This document shows positions 17,682 through 26,091 of a DNA stretch of 28,771 nt, one piece after another. Position 1 is the first letter of the stretch. The number at the start of each line of letters is the position of its first letter. The stretch comes from a virus: positions 1-28,771 of IMG/VR virus record IMGVR_UViG_2778260947_000001; one strand, 5' to 3'. The position numbers and the translations under genes are program-made. Under the pieces are notes generated by a model. The model worked only from the letters and a program-made list of their open reading frames with translations, ran no database searches and was not told the origin of the DNA.

Positions 17682-20471
17682 ATGTTAGGAGGAGGTGGAC
17701 ACCGGACGATCGCGACAGTCCTCACCGCTCGCGACGATGCGACAAGTAAACTTAACCGCGTTGAGCGCGCCGGCGACGACGTCGCTGAATCGGCGTCCGA
17801 GGCAGAGCAACGTATCGAAGGACTGAGTACTGCGTTCGCTGCAACTGGCACAGCGACCGCAGTACTTGGGGGGTCGGTCGCTCTACTCACGCAGCGGTTC
17901 AGTCGGTTAGGAAAAACGTTCCAGACGATTCAGACGACATCCGGCGCGACTGCTGAAGAGATGCAACAGATCCGGGGTGCAGCGAAAGACATCAGCTCAA
18001 CGCTCCCAGTCACGCTTTCTGAATCCGCTCAGGCGATGAGATCACTTTCGTTCGCTGGGCTCAGCGCATCGGAGTCGATCTCTGCAATTCGAGAGACAAG
18101 TGAGCTTGCTGTCGCGGCACAGATGCAGACCTCCCAAGCCGCTGATATCGTGGCTCAGTCGATGAACGCGTTCAACCTCGAGGCTGAGCAGGCTGACGCC
18201 ATCGTCGGCTCGCTCGGGAGCACATTTAGTAACTCGACGACGCGGGTTCGAGAACTAGCACAGGCACTCACCGAAGTTCAGTCAACGGCCGCCTCTGCCG
18301 GTCTTTCCGTCGCCGGTACGGTCGGTGCTTTGGGGACGCTGGCCGACAACGGTATCCAAGCCTCGAAGGCAGGAACGTCTCTGAACGCAGTACTCTCCCG
18401 TTTGGCTGGGAACAGCAGTCAGACACAGAAAGCCCTCGAAGAGTTGGGGCTCTCGACGAGCGACTTCACGAACGAGGCCGGCGAGCTTCAAGACATCACA
18501 ACCATCGTCGGAACGTTGTCCGAACGAATGGAAGATGCGTCTCAGGCTGAACAGATCCGGCTCGCCCAACAAATCGGTGGGCGTGAGGGTGCTCGGGCGC
18601 TACTCCCACTCATACGACAGACTGACAAACTGGAACAGAAGGTTCGTGACAACCTTCGTGCGGAAATCCAGGGTGCGATTGGCGATCTCGCGGAGATGGG
18701 TGATGAGGAACTCGAGACGACGTCACAAGCCCTTGGAATGGAAGTATCTGGGGAAACGAGTACGCAGGAGCTGGTATCAAATCTCCAGGCCTTGGACAGC
18801 CAGGGCGAATCGACTGAAGAGATTGTTTCCCGGCTTCAGGTCGGGTTGGGGCTCACTGGTCAGGCTGCTGAAGAACTCGCGACAGAAATCACTGAGACAA
18901 ACAAATCTGCCGAGGAGATCGCCGACGCAATCGGCGGTGTGATGACGGCGGCGGAACTTGCCGAGGATCAGACAAAAACGCTCTCTGGTCAGATTGAGCA
19001 ACTCCGATCGTCGTTTCAGGTACTCGGGTACGAAATGTACCAAGGTACCAAACCAGCAGTATCAGCAGTAGTTGGGGGGTTACAAAGCCTGGCAACGCCA
19101 CTCAGTCAGAATACCGCAGTTGCGCGGGCACTTGGCGTCGGATTGATTGGGTTGACAGGAGCTGCCGCCGTTGCGACCGGCGCCCTTGGAGCTCTTATCG
19201 TCAACCTAAAAATCGCACAATTACAGACAAGTGTATTAACTCAACAGACAGCCACGTATAATGCACTAACCCGGGCATCTACTGCAGCCACGCTGGCGAA
19301 GAACAAAGCCCTCTGGCTCGCAACAGCGTCGACGGGGCAACTTGCTGCAGCTACGAGGGCGAAGACAGCTGCAATGTGGACGTCGATCACTGGCTTGTAT
19401 TCCTCAGCGACGGCCGCTCTTGCTGACGCGAGTGCGAAAGGTGTTGCTACAGCAGCGACAGGAGCTCTCGCAACCGGATTCGTAACGCTACAGGCCGCGA
19501 TGGGGCCTATCGGCTGGCTTTTGTTGGGTATCGCCGGTGCCGCAGTTGCTTTGGCCGCGATCTGGAAAGGAGATCTATTCGGTGCTGGTGAAGAAGCAGG
19601 CAACCTACTGGGGTGGTTCGGAGATAAAGCTGGTACGGCTTGGAATGTTACCAAGCAACTGACAGGAATATTATTCGAGCTCGCACGGATCGGCGCGACG
19701 ATCGCGGGACTCTCACTCATCGCACCGTTCGCCGCGGTGCTGAAGCTCCCGGACCTCATCTCCAGCGTCGGGCCGAAGGTCAAGAAGGCGGCAATGAGCC
19801 TCCCGGGGAAGATCGCGGATGGACTCGCGAGTCTCGGTCCCGCGAAGTACGCACTGCCCGTACTGGGGCCGTTGCTGCTCGCGAAGGACATGATCACAGA
19901 TCCGAGCAAGTGGCTCGACGCCGGGAAGCAGATCCCGGGGATGATCGCGAACGGCATCAAGAGCGCCGCATCGAAGCCCGTCGACGCGGTCACCAACGTG
20001 GCGTCGGGGATCCGCGACCGGCTCCCGTTCTCCCCGGCTGAGAAGGGACCGCTCCAGTCGCTCGGAGAAACCGGGCCGGGACTGATCCAGACGATCGCCG
20101 GCGGCGTCGAGTCGGAGGCACCGACGCTCGTCTCATCGATCAGCAACGTGCTGGGGCAGACCCCGCTGGGACAGGCGGCCGGAGCCGCGGGCGGCCTTCT
20201 CGGGAAGACACCGCTCGGGCAGGCCGCCGGCGCGGCCGCTGACGCGATCGGTGGCTCCGGTGAAGGCGGTGATTCTGGTGGTCCGGGCGGTGGGTCGGGA
20301 GAGGGGATGCCGCGGCTCGAGATCACGATCAACCAAGACATCGACGTCGACGGCGGTGACGCAACCGAGGCAGACGTCGCCACGGCCGCGAGTGATGGCG
20401 CATCGGAGGCGATCAGCGGTGACGCGCTCGACGCGTTCTTCCAGCAGCTCGCTCGGGAGGTGAACAACTAA
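17682..20471 (+). CDS. Tail tape measure protein
   Basis: 929 aa, Ala/Gly/Ser-rich helical protein with a TP901-like core (FQTIQTTSGATAEEMQQIR...; GIQASKAGTSLNAVL), hydrophobic middle and a standard TMP position. Confidence 0.93.
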   Translation: MLGGGGHRTIATVLTARDDATSKLNRVERAGDDVAESASEAEQRIEGLSTAFAATGTATAVLGGSVALLTQRFSRLGKTFQTIQTTSGATAEEMQQIRGAAKDISSTLPVTLSESAQAMRSLSFAGLSASESISAIRETSELAVAAQMQTSQAADIVAQSMNAFNLEAEQADAIVGSLGSTFSNSTTRVRELAQALTEVQSTAASAGLSVAGTVGALGTLADNGIQASKAGTSLNAVLSRLAGNSSQTQKALEELGLSTSDFTNEAGELQDITTIVGTLSERMEDASQAEQIRLAQQIGGREGARALLPLIRQTDKLEQKVRDNLRAEIQGAIGDLAEMGDEELETTSQALGMEVSGETSTQELVSNLQALDSQGESTEEIVSRLQVGLGLTGQAAEELATEITETNKSAEEIADAIGGVMTAAELAEDQTKTLSGQIEQLRSSFQVLGYEMYQGTKPAVSAVVGGLQSLATPLSQNTAVARALGVGLIGLTGAAAVATGALGALIVNLKIAQLQTSVLTQQTATYNALTRASTAATLAKNKALWLATASTGQLAAATRAKTAAMWTSITGLYSSATAALADASAKGVATAATGALATGFVTLQAAMGPIGWLLLGIAGAAVALAAIWKGDLFGAGEEAGNLLGWFGDKAGTAWNVTKQLTGILFELARIGATIAGLSLIAPFAAVLKLPDLISSVGPKVKKAAMSLPGKIADGLASLGPAKYALPVLGPLLLAKDMITDPSKWLDAGKQIPGMIANGIKSAASKPVDAVTNVASGIRDRLPFSPAEKGPLQSLGETGPGLIQTIAGGVESEAPTLVSSISNVLGQTPLGQAAGAAGGLLGKTPLGQAAGAAADAIGGSGEGGDSGGPGGGSGEGMPRLEITINQDIDVDGGDATEADVATAASDGASEAISGDALDAFFQQLAREVNN

Positions 20472-20473
20472 CC

Positions 20474-20995
20474 ATGTCAGACGTCGTGACGATCGGCGAT
20501 ATAGTGCTCTCGGGCGTGACGAGTATCGACGACTCGGGAGCTTGGAACGCGCCGGAGAAACGCACAGAACAGGGCTTCCAGTACAGCACCTACGTCCGGC
20601 AGGAACCAGTCGAGGTCTCCCTCGAGGCGTGGGTTCCCGTCGACGAGTATCGCTCCCTGCAGTCGCTACGGGAGAGCGGGGAGCCGTTCCCGGCGTCGGT
20701 CGGTCAGATCTCTATCTCGAGAGCGAAGCTGGAGTCGCTGAACACAAAGAACGAGGCGAAGCGCGACTCCCACTACCAGGTCTCGATCACGATCAAACAG
20801 ATCACAGAAGCGGAGATCGAGACAACGGAGATCTCGATCGAGACCGAGTCCGGAGCGATGGGGAGCTCGGCAGCAGACACGGAGCCGTCCCTGGGCCAAC
20901 CGGAAGACAACGATGGCGGCCAGGTAGAAGACGAATCCGGCGGCATCGTGGATTCGCTGTCTGGCTTTCGTGAGTCTCTCTCGGGGGTGCTCTAA
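20474..20995 (+). CDS. Baseplate/tail-tube initiator (Dit-like)
   Basis: 173 aa directly after the TMP gene; APEKRTEQG...VRQEPVEVSLEAWV pattern. Confidence 0.65.
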   Translation: MSDVVTIGDIVLSGVTSIDDSGAWNAPEKRTEQGFQYSTYVRQEPVEVSLEAWVPVDEYRSLQSLRESGEPFPASVGQISISRAKLESLNTKNEAKRDSHYQVSITIKQITEAEIETTEISIETESGAMGSSAADTEPSLGQPEDNDGGQVEDESGGIVDSLSGFRESLSGVL

Positions 20996-21336
20996 TGGAG
21001 GAAATCCCGATCCCCGCCCGTCGCGCCCGGGACAAGCGCCCGATCCATCTTGAGTTCATCCCGCAGTCGTTCCCCGGGCAGCGGTTCGCGCTCCGGATGG
21101 ACTGGAACGCCGTCCAGGAGGAGTGGACGGTCGAGATAGAGCACCTCCGGCGCGAGTTCACCATCACGAAGAGCATCGCGACGCCCTACCGGCCGTACTC
21201 CTACCTACCGTATCTGGTGTTCATCTTCGCTGATCCATCGGGTGAGGAGACGGCTGTGACACCGTCGAACCTCGGAGAAGAGATGAAGTTCTGGGTACTC
21301 CCCGGGCCGTCCGGCCGCCAACCAGAGGAGGACTGA
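20995..21336 (+). CDS. Small baseplate protein (plug-like)
   Basis: 113 aa; FALRMDWNAVQEEWTVEI pattern resembles small myophage baseplate plug proteins. Confidence 0.65.
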   Translation: MEEIPIPARRARDKRPIHLEFIPQSFPGQRFALRMDWNAVQEEWTVEIEHLRREFTITKSIATPYRPYSYLPYLVFIFADPSGEETAVTPSNLGEEMKFWVLPGPSGRQPEED

Positions 21337-21339
21337 CCG

Positions 21340-22188
21340 ATGACCGTCTGGCAACAGCACCGGAGTGTCGACGCCGGGGAGGTCTCGCTCGACGGCCTCG
21401 ACCTGGACATTCGCGTCAACAAACCGAAGGACGATCCGCTCGAGTTCGAGGTGACGACGTGGAACCTGACGTCGGATACCTGGGGCCGTATCGAAGATGG
21501 CGACCTCTGCCGAATCGAACTCGGCTGGGCGGACGGCAACATCGAAACGGTGTGCCTCGGGAAGATCGACACGAGAAAACGTTCGGCGGGGACGTCGGAT
21601 ATCGAGTACACGCTTGGCGGCGTCGACGAGACCGAGGCCGCGACGAAGGTCAGCCCCGACAGCTCCTGGTCGCAGAAGACGTGGGTCGATAAGCGTCCCG
21701 ACCAGATCGTCGAGGCGCTCGCAAGCGAGATCGGGCTCTCGGCGCAGACGGAGTCCGCCGGCGACCCGATCAAAGGGTCGTGGTCGGTCACGCCAGACAA
21801 AACGGTGACCGGCTGGCTGGATGACCTCGTCCAAATCGCCGCGGAGAACACGGGCGTCGAGTGGGAGTGGTTCGCGGTTCGCGGCCAGATCTTCTTTCTC
21901 CCACGCTCGGAGGAGGCCCAGGAGGCTCCCCAGCTGAGTTACGAAGGGATGTTGGTCTCGATCGGCGAGAAGTCGGACACGAACGACGACGTCGAGGGGC
22001 AGCTCGAGTTCGAAGCGATGTGCGAGCCTCGCATCTCGAAAGGGGCTGCTGTCTACGTCGAGACGGAAGACTACAGCGGGCCGTACCGCGTGAGCGACTA
22101 CGAGTTCCGCTCCTCAACGCAGTCCGGCGACCATCTCGTCCGTGGGACGCTGACGCCGGTCGAGGCGGACTATTCTATCGAGAGCTGA
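21340..22188 (+). CDS. Baseplate hub protein
   Basis: 282 aa; NLTSDT..RI, IELGWADG and FEAMCEPRISKGAAVYV patterns; precedes the spike gene. Confidence 0.75.
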   Translation: MTVWQQHRSVDAGEVSLDGLDLDIRVNKPKDDPLEFEVTTWNLTSDTWGRIEDGDLCRIELGWADGNIETVCLGKIDTRKRSAGTSDIEYTLGGVDETEAATKVSPDSSWSQKTWVDKRPDQIVEALASEIGLSAQTESAGDPIKGSWSVTPDKTVTGWLDDLVQIAAENTGVEWEWFAVRGQIFFLPRSEEAQEAPQLSYEGMLVSIGEKSDTNDDVEGQLEFEAMCEPRISKGAAVYVETEDYSGPYRVSDYEFRSSTQSGDHLVRGTLTPVEADYSIES

Positions 22189-22190
22189 TC

Positions 22191-22337
22191 ATGAACGCCT
22201 GGGATCAATCGACGAGACCGTGTCCGAGTACCGACTGCGACGGGACGGCCGTCGCGAAGACCAACCAGTGGGGGGAGATCACCCACTACGAGTGCCGCGA
22301 GTGTGCTCAGGAAATCGATGCGGGAGATGGCCGATGA
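22191..22337 (+). CDS. Small CxxC zinc-ribbon protein (48 aa)
   Basis: ATG at 22191; CPSTDC and CREC motifs; ATGA overlap with the spike gene. Confidence 0.65.
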   Translation: MNAWDQSTRPCPSTDCDGTAVAKTNQWGEITHYECRECAQEIDAGDGR

Positions 22338-22879
22338 CGGGGAACGTCGATACGTTCAAGCAGGCCGTCCGCTCGGAGATCCGGGGCATCTACACCATCA
22401 CCTTCGTCCGCATCGAGGAGATCGACGAGGAGACGCGCCGGGCGGTCGTCTCACTGAAGAGCGACTCGGACATCCTCATCGACAACGTCCCCGTCGCGTC
22501 GCCGTTTGCACGCGACGGCGCCGGGATGATCACGCCGGTCGAGAGCGGTGACGAGGGCCTGGTGATGCACGCCCAAGAGCCCCTCGCGAAGCAGATCCAG
22601 CAGCGCGGCGAACAACCTTCCGAGAGTGACCGGCGGTTCCAGCTCGAGGACGCCGTGCTGCTGCCGTTGCTCTGGCTCGACGAGGACACCATCCCGGAAC
22701 ACGGGGCGAACGAGTTCGTGGTCGATCTCGGCGAGGGTGCGCCAACGATGCGACTGAACGGGGAAACTGGTGGCTTCCAGCTCGTCGACGGGAGCGGTCA
22801 CGGGATCGTCTCCGACGGCGAGGGGAACTTCACTTGGCACGCTCAGTCGGTCGACGTCAAGGAGGGGCCGATCAACTGA
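22334..22879 (+). CDS. Baseplate central spike, OB-fold (gpV/Gp138-like)
   Basis: Start reassigned to ATG 22334; IDNVPV...PVESGDEGLV motif; 181 aa. Confidence 0.75.
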   Translation: MTGNVDTFKQAVRSEIRGIYTITFVRIEEIDEETRRAVVSLKSDSDILIDNVPVASPFARDGAGMITPVESGDEGLVMHAQEPLAKQIQQRGEQPSESDRRFQLEDAVLLPLLWLDEDTIPEHGANEFVVDLGEGAPTMRLNGETGGFQLVDGSGHGIVSDGEGNFTWHAQSVDVKEGPIN

Positions 22880-23037
22880 TGTCTCCCGACCGCTACATCG
22901 ACATCGGGTTTGGGTTTTTCCAGGGCGGCTTCGTTATCGCAGTCCTGACCGGCGCGAGCCGCCTCGCCATCAGCCTTCTCGCCCTCGCCACGGTAATCGG
23001 CGTCATCGGAATCCGTCGAGGAGGGTCTGGTTCATGA
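22879..23037 (+). CDS. Small membrane protein (52 aa)
   Basis: Almost entirely hydrophobic with two likely TM segments and a C-terminal RR; overlaps both neighbours. Confidence 0.6.
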   Translation: MSPDRYIDIGFGFFQGGFVIAVLTGASRLAISLLALATVIGVIGIRRGGSGS

Positions 23038-23399
23038 CCGTCCCTGCAGTAATCGGCGCTCCGACCGAGGCCAACGGCCACCCGTCGGCGTGTTCCGAGC
23101 CGGCGACGGGAAGCGTCGAGTCGACAGATGACGCACCACTCTCGATCGAGGGTGCCGATGTCGCGACGCACGCGGCCGCGGTGATGCACTTCCCGTCGCA
23201 CGGCCACGCAACGGATCCGATGGGGAACTGCATCGACTACCAAACCCACGACCTGACGCCCGACCAGGACCACCTCCTGACGGTCAACGGAGAGCCGGTG
23301 ATGTGCGTCGACGACTCGACGACAGATCCTGGGTCTGGCGGGACGGCAACGATCACCGACCACGGTGGGAACGAGATACTGACGGTGACCGAATCGTGA
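23034..23399 (+). CDS. PAAR-like spike tip protein
   Basis: Start at ATG 23034; 121 aa, His/Cys-rich; LTVNGEPV..VDD..TDPGSGG resembles PAAR repeats. Confidence 0.65.
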   Translation: MTVPAVIGAPTEANGHPSACSEPATGSVESTDDAPLSIEGADVATHAAAVMHFPSHGHATDPMGNCIDYQTHDLTPDQDHLLTVNGEPVMCVDDSTTDPGSGGTATITDHGGNEILTVTES

Positions 23400-23406
23400 T
23401 AGACCG

Positions 23407-23769
23407 ATGAAATACAATCGTACACTCGCGCTCGAGGAGGACGGCAGCTACCGCGTCGAGAACGGAGAGCTCGTCTGGATCGACGGCGCGGCAGCTGTCG
23501 AACAGGAACTGAAGACGACGCTCGCGACCGTCCGCGGTGAGGATCCGTTCGACGAGGACCACGGTCTCCGTGTGTTCGAGGCGGCTGGCTCGGCACCGCC
23601 GATCCTCGAGCGAGAGATCCGGGATGCGCTCCTGGAGGACGATCGCGTCGAGGCGGTTGATGAGATCGTGATCACGGATCCGGACGCAAACCGTCGGGTT
23701 GACGTCGCGATTTCGGTGACGCTCGTTGACGGCACGGGACTCGACTTCGAGACGGAGGTCACAGTCTAA
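23407..23769 (+). CDS. Baseplate wedge protein (gp25/gpW-like)
   Basis: 120 aa; AVEQELKTTL...GEDPFDEDHG...IRDALLEDDRV signature. Confidence 0.85.
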   Translation: MKYNRTLALEEDGSYRVENGELVWIDGAAAVEQELKTTLATVRGEDPFDEDHGLRVFEAAGSAPPILEREIRDALLEDDRVEAVDEIVITDPDANRRVDVAISVTLVDGTGLDFETEVTV

Positions 23770-23772
23770 ACC

Positions 23773-25473
23773 ATGAGCAACAACTACGGTATCCAGGACG
23801 ACGGCTCGTTCCGTCGCAAGCACATCGACGATATCCGAGGGGACCAGAAGCAGCACTTTAAAAACGAGGTTGGAGAAGACATCGAACTCCGCCAGGCGTC
23901 TCCCCAGATGCAGGCGCTCGACATGAACGCCCTCGAGCTGGCGCGGCTGTGGGAGGTCGCCGAGTCGATTTACTACGCCTCCTACTACGAGGACAGTTTC
24001 GGGGAGCAACTCGATAAGCAGCTCGCGCTGGCGGGCTTCTCACGGATCCCGGCACGGAGTGCGACCGGCGAGGTCGTGTTTTTGAGAGACTCGCCAGCAC
24101 CGGAGGACATCACCATCCCCTCGGGGACTATGGTGACGACGCAGCGAACGGAAACGAAACCACGGATCCCGTTCGAGACGACTGAAGGAGTCGTCCTCAG
24201 CGCGGGGAACTCCGAAGCCACCGCGCCGATCGAGGCGCTCAAACCCTGGCAGACAGAGCTCGATGAGGAGTGGCTCGGTGCCGAGACGAACGTCGCAGCG
24301 CACACGATCGAGCGCTTCGAAGACCTGGTCGCCGACGTCGACGACGTCACGAACCCCAATCCCACGGGCGACGAGTCGCTCGGCTATGTCGAGGGGAGGG
24401 ATCGCGAGACTGATGCTGAGTTCAAACTGCGGTATCAGAACAGCCTCGCTGATGGCGGGGCAGCGACGCTCCGCGCCGTCCGGTCGGGCGTGTTCAACGC
24501 TGACGACGAGATCAAGTCCGTCGGTGTCGACGAGGTCCGCGACCCGGACCAGGGGTACGGCGTCCAGGTGACGGTGCTGGCACCCGACGTTTCCGACGAA
24601 GTCGTCGCCCAGGCGATCGTTGACTCACGGGCTGGCGGCCTCGAATCGTTCGGCTCTGAGTCTGGCATCGGGACGCTCGAGGACGGGACAGAGAAGACAG
24701 AGTCCTTCAACCGAGCCGATGAGGTGACGATCCTGCTCGTCGCCGATCTGACGACGTCCGATACGTTCCCGTCGGATGGCTCGACTCAGATCACTGACCG
24801 GATCATCCGTTACATCGGTGGCACGGCGTCGGATAACATCGGCTACCCCGGCCTCGAAATCGGTGAGGACGTCATCTACGACCAGCTGTTCCGGCGCGTG
24901 ATGGAAACCCAGGGGACAGTCATGGCCGACCTCTGGATCGGAACCGACGATCCCGACACGGCCCAGACGACCGATGCCGACGATGCCACTGTGTCGGATT
25001 CGTCGGCCCGTGGTGTTCGATTCGAGGCCACGGCGGATGCCGATGACGTGCTGGTCGAGGCCCGGCTGTCAGCCAACGTCGCAGATGCAACCCAAGCACG
25101 ACTGCTCGACAGTAACGGAAACGTTCTGACCAGTACGGACATCTCCGATGTCGCTGCCGGTGAGTGGTTCCGGTTCGACGGCGTCCTCTCGTGGACCTCC
25201 GGTGAGGCGTTCGACATCGCTGTCGACGCTGAGGGGGCCAGCTACACGATCGGGCAGGACGCTGACCCGACGTATCCGTACGATGGAGCGGCCGCTGGCG
25301 TCGACATCACCCAACGGTACCGGGGGGATCTGGATCCAGATGGGTCCCCTCAGGCCACGCGCCCGAACGTCGACGGTGTCCGGCTCAACCAGGTCGGTGA
25401 GAGTAACATTTCAATCACAGACACCCAGGCCGCGATGACCGGGATATCGGAGGTAACGGTCAATGTTGAATGA
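23773..25473 (+). CDS. Baseplate J-like protein with a C-terminal domain insertion
   Basis: LDKQLALAGFSR..ARSATGEVVF, GRDRETDAEFKLR and GGAATLRAV are baseplate J motifs; 566 aa. Confidence 0.9.
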   Translation: MSNNYGIQDDGSFRRKHIDDIRGDQKQHFKNEVGEDIELRQASPQMQALDMNALELARLWEVAESIYYASYYEDSFGEQLDKQLALAGFSRIPARSATGEVVFLRDSPAPEDITIPSGTMVTTQRTETKPRIPFETTEGVVLSAGNSEATAPIEALKPWQTELDEEWLGAETNVAAHTIERFEDLVADVDDVTNPNPTGDESLGYVEGRDRETDAEFKLRYQNSLADGGAATLRAVRSGVFNADDEIKSVGVDEVRDPDQGYGVQVTVLAPDVSDEVVAQAIVDSRAGGLESFGSESGIGTLEDGTEKTESFNRADEVTILLVADLTTSDTFPSDGSTQITDRIIRYIGGTASDNIGYPGLEIGEDVIYDQLFRRVMETQGTVMADLWIGTDDPDTAQTTDADDATVSDSSARGVRFEATADADDVLVEARLSANVADATQARLLDSNGNVLTSTDISDVAAGEWFRFDGVLSWTSGEAFDIAVDAEGASYTIGQDADPTYPYDGAAAGVDITQRYRGDLDPDGSPQATRPNVDGVRLNQVGESNISITDTQAAMTGISEVTVNVE

Positions 25474-26074
25474 GCAACCCGCCCGTGAGCGCCTGGAAGC
25501 GTCGCTGAAGACGCCGTATCCTGCAGACGGTGAGATCTGGTCCGCCCTCATCACCGCGTTCGCCAACGAGTACGACGAACTCGAACAGGTGTTCGCGGAC
25601 ATCCTGGCGGCGAAGTTCGTGACCTCAGCAACCGGCGAGCAGCTCGACCGGCTGGCGACGATCTTCGACCTCGAGCGCCGGACAGACGAACCCGACTCGG
25701 TGTTCAGGATTCGCGCCCAGACGGCGCTGCGGTCACAGCTCTCCAGCGGGACGATCGACGAGATCCGCGAGACGATTGCGGTGCTCTTGGACGCAGAGAT
25801 CGACGACGTCGTCGTAGACGAACCAACCGATATCGAGCCAGCGCGGGTTGACATCGGCGTCTGGGAAGAGCAGTTGAACGATCGTAACTTGACGACGGAT
25901 GAGTTCTTCCAGGAGGCTGAACCGCTCACCGCAGCCGGCGTCGACGTCCAGGGCTACGCCCGCGGGACGTTCGAGTACGCGGCTGCTGGTGATGATCCGA
26001 CGGACGCCGATCGCGGATACGGGACGCTCACTGACGATAGTGTCGGCGGGACGTACGGCTCGCTGCTGAAGTGA
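25463..26074 (+). CDS. Baseplate wedge / fibre attachment protein (gpI-like)
   Basis: GGAGGT SD 8 nt upstream; ATGEQLDRLATIFDLER...EPDSVFRIR motif. Confidence 0.8.
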   Translation: MLNEQPARERLEASLKTPYPADGEIWSALITAFANEYDELEQVFADILAAKFVTSATGEQLDRLATIFDLERRTDEPDSVFRIRAQTALRSQLSSGTIDEIRETIAVLLDAEIDDVVVDEPTDIEPARVDIGVWEEQLNDRNLTTDEFFQEAEPLTAAGVDVQGYARGTFEYAAAGDDPTDADRGYGTLTDDSVGGTYGSLLK

Positions 26075-26091
26075 CACCAGATTACTGAGAC

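Noticed and set aside
25463-25490. Possible 1-bp deletion making MSNPARERLE the true start of the gpI-like gene via an ATGA overlap at 25470
   Set aside because: The in-frame ATG at 25463 has a GGAGGT SD 8 nt upstream, so no frameshift is needed.
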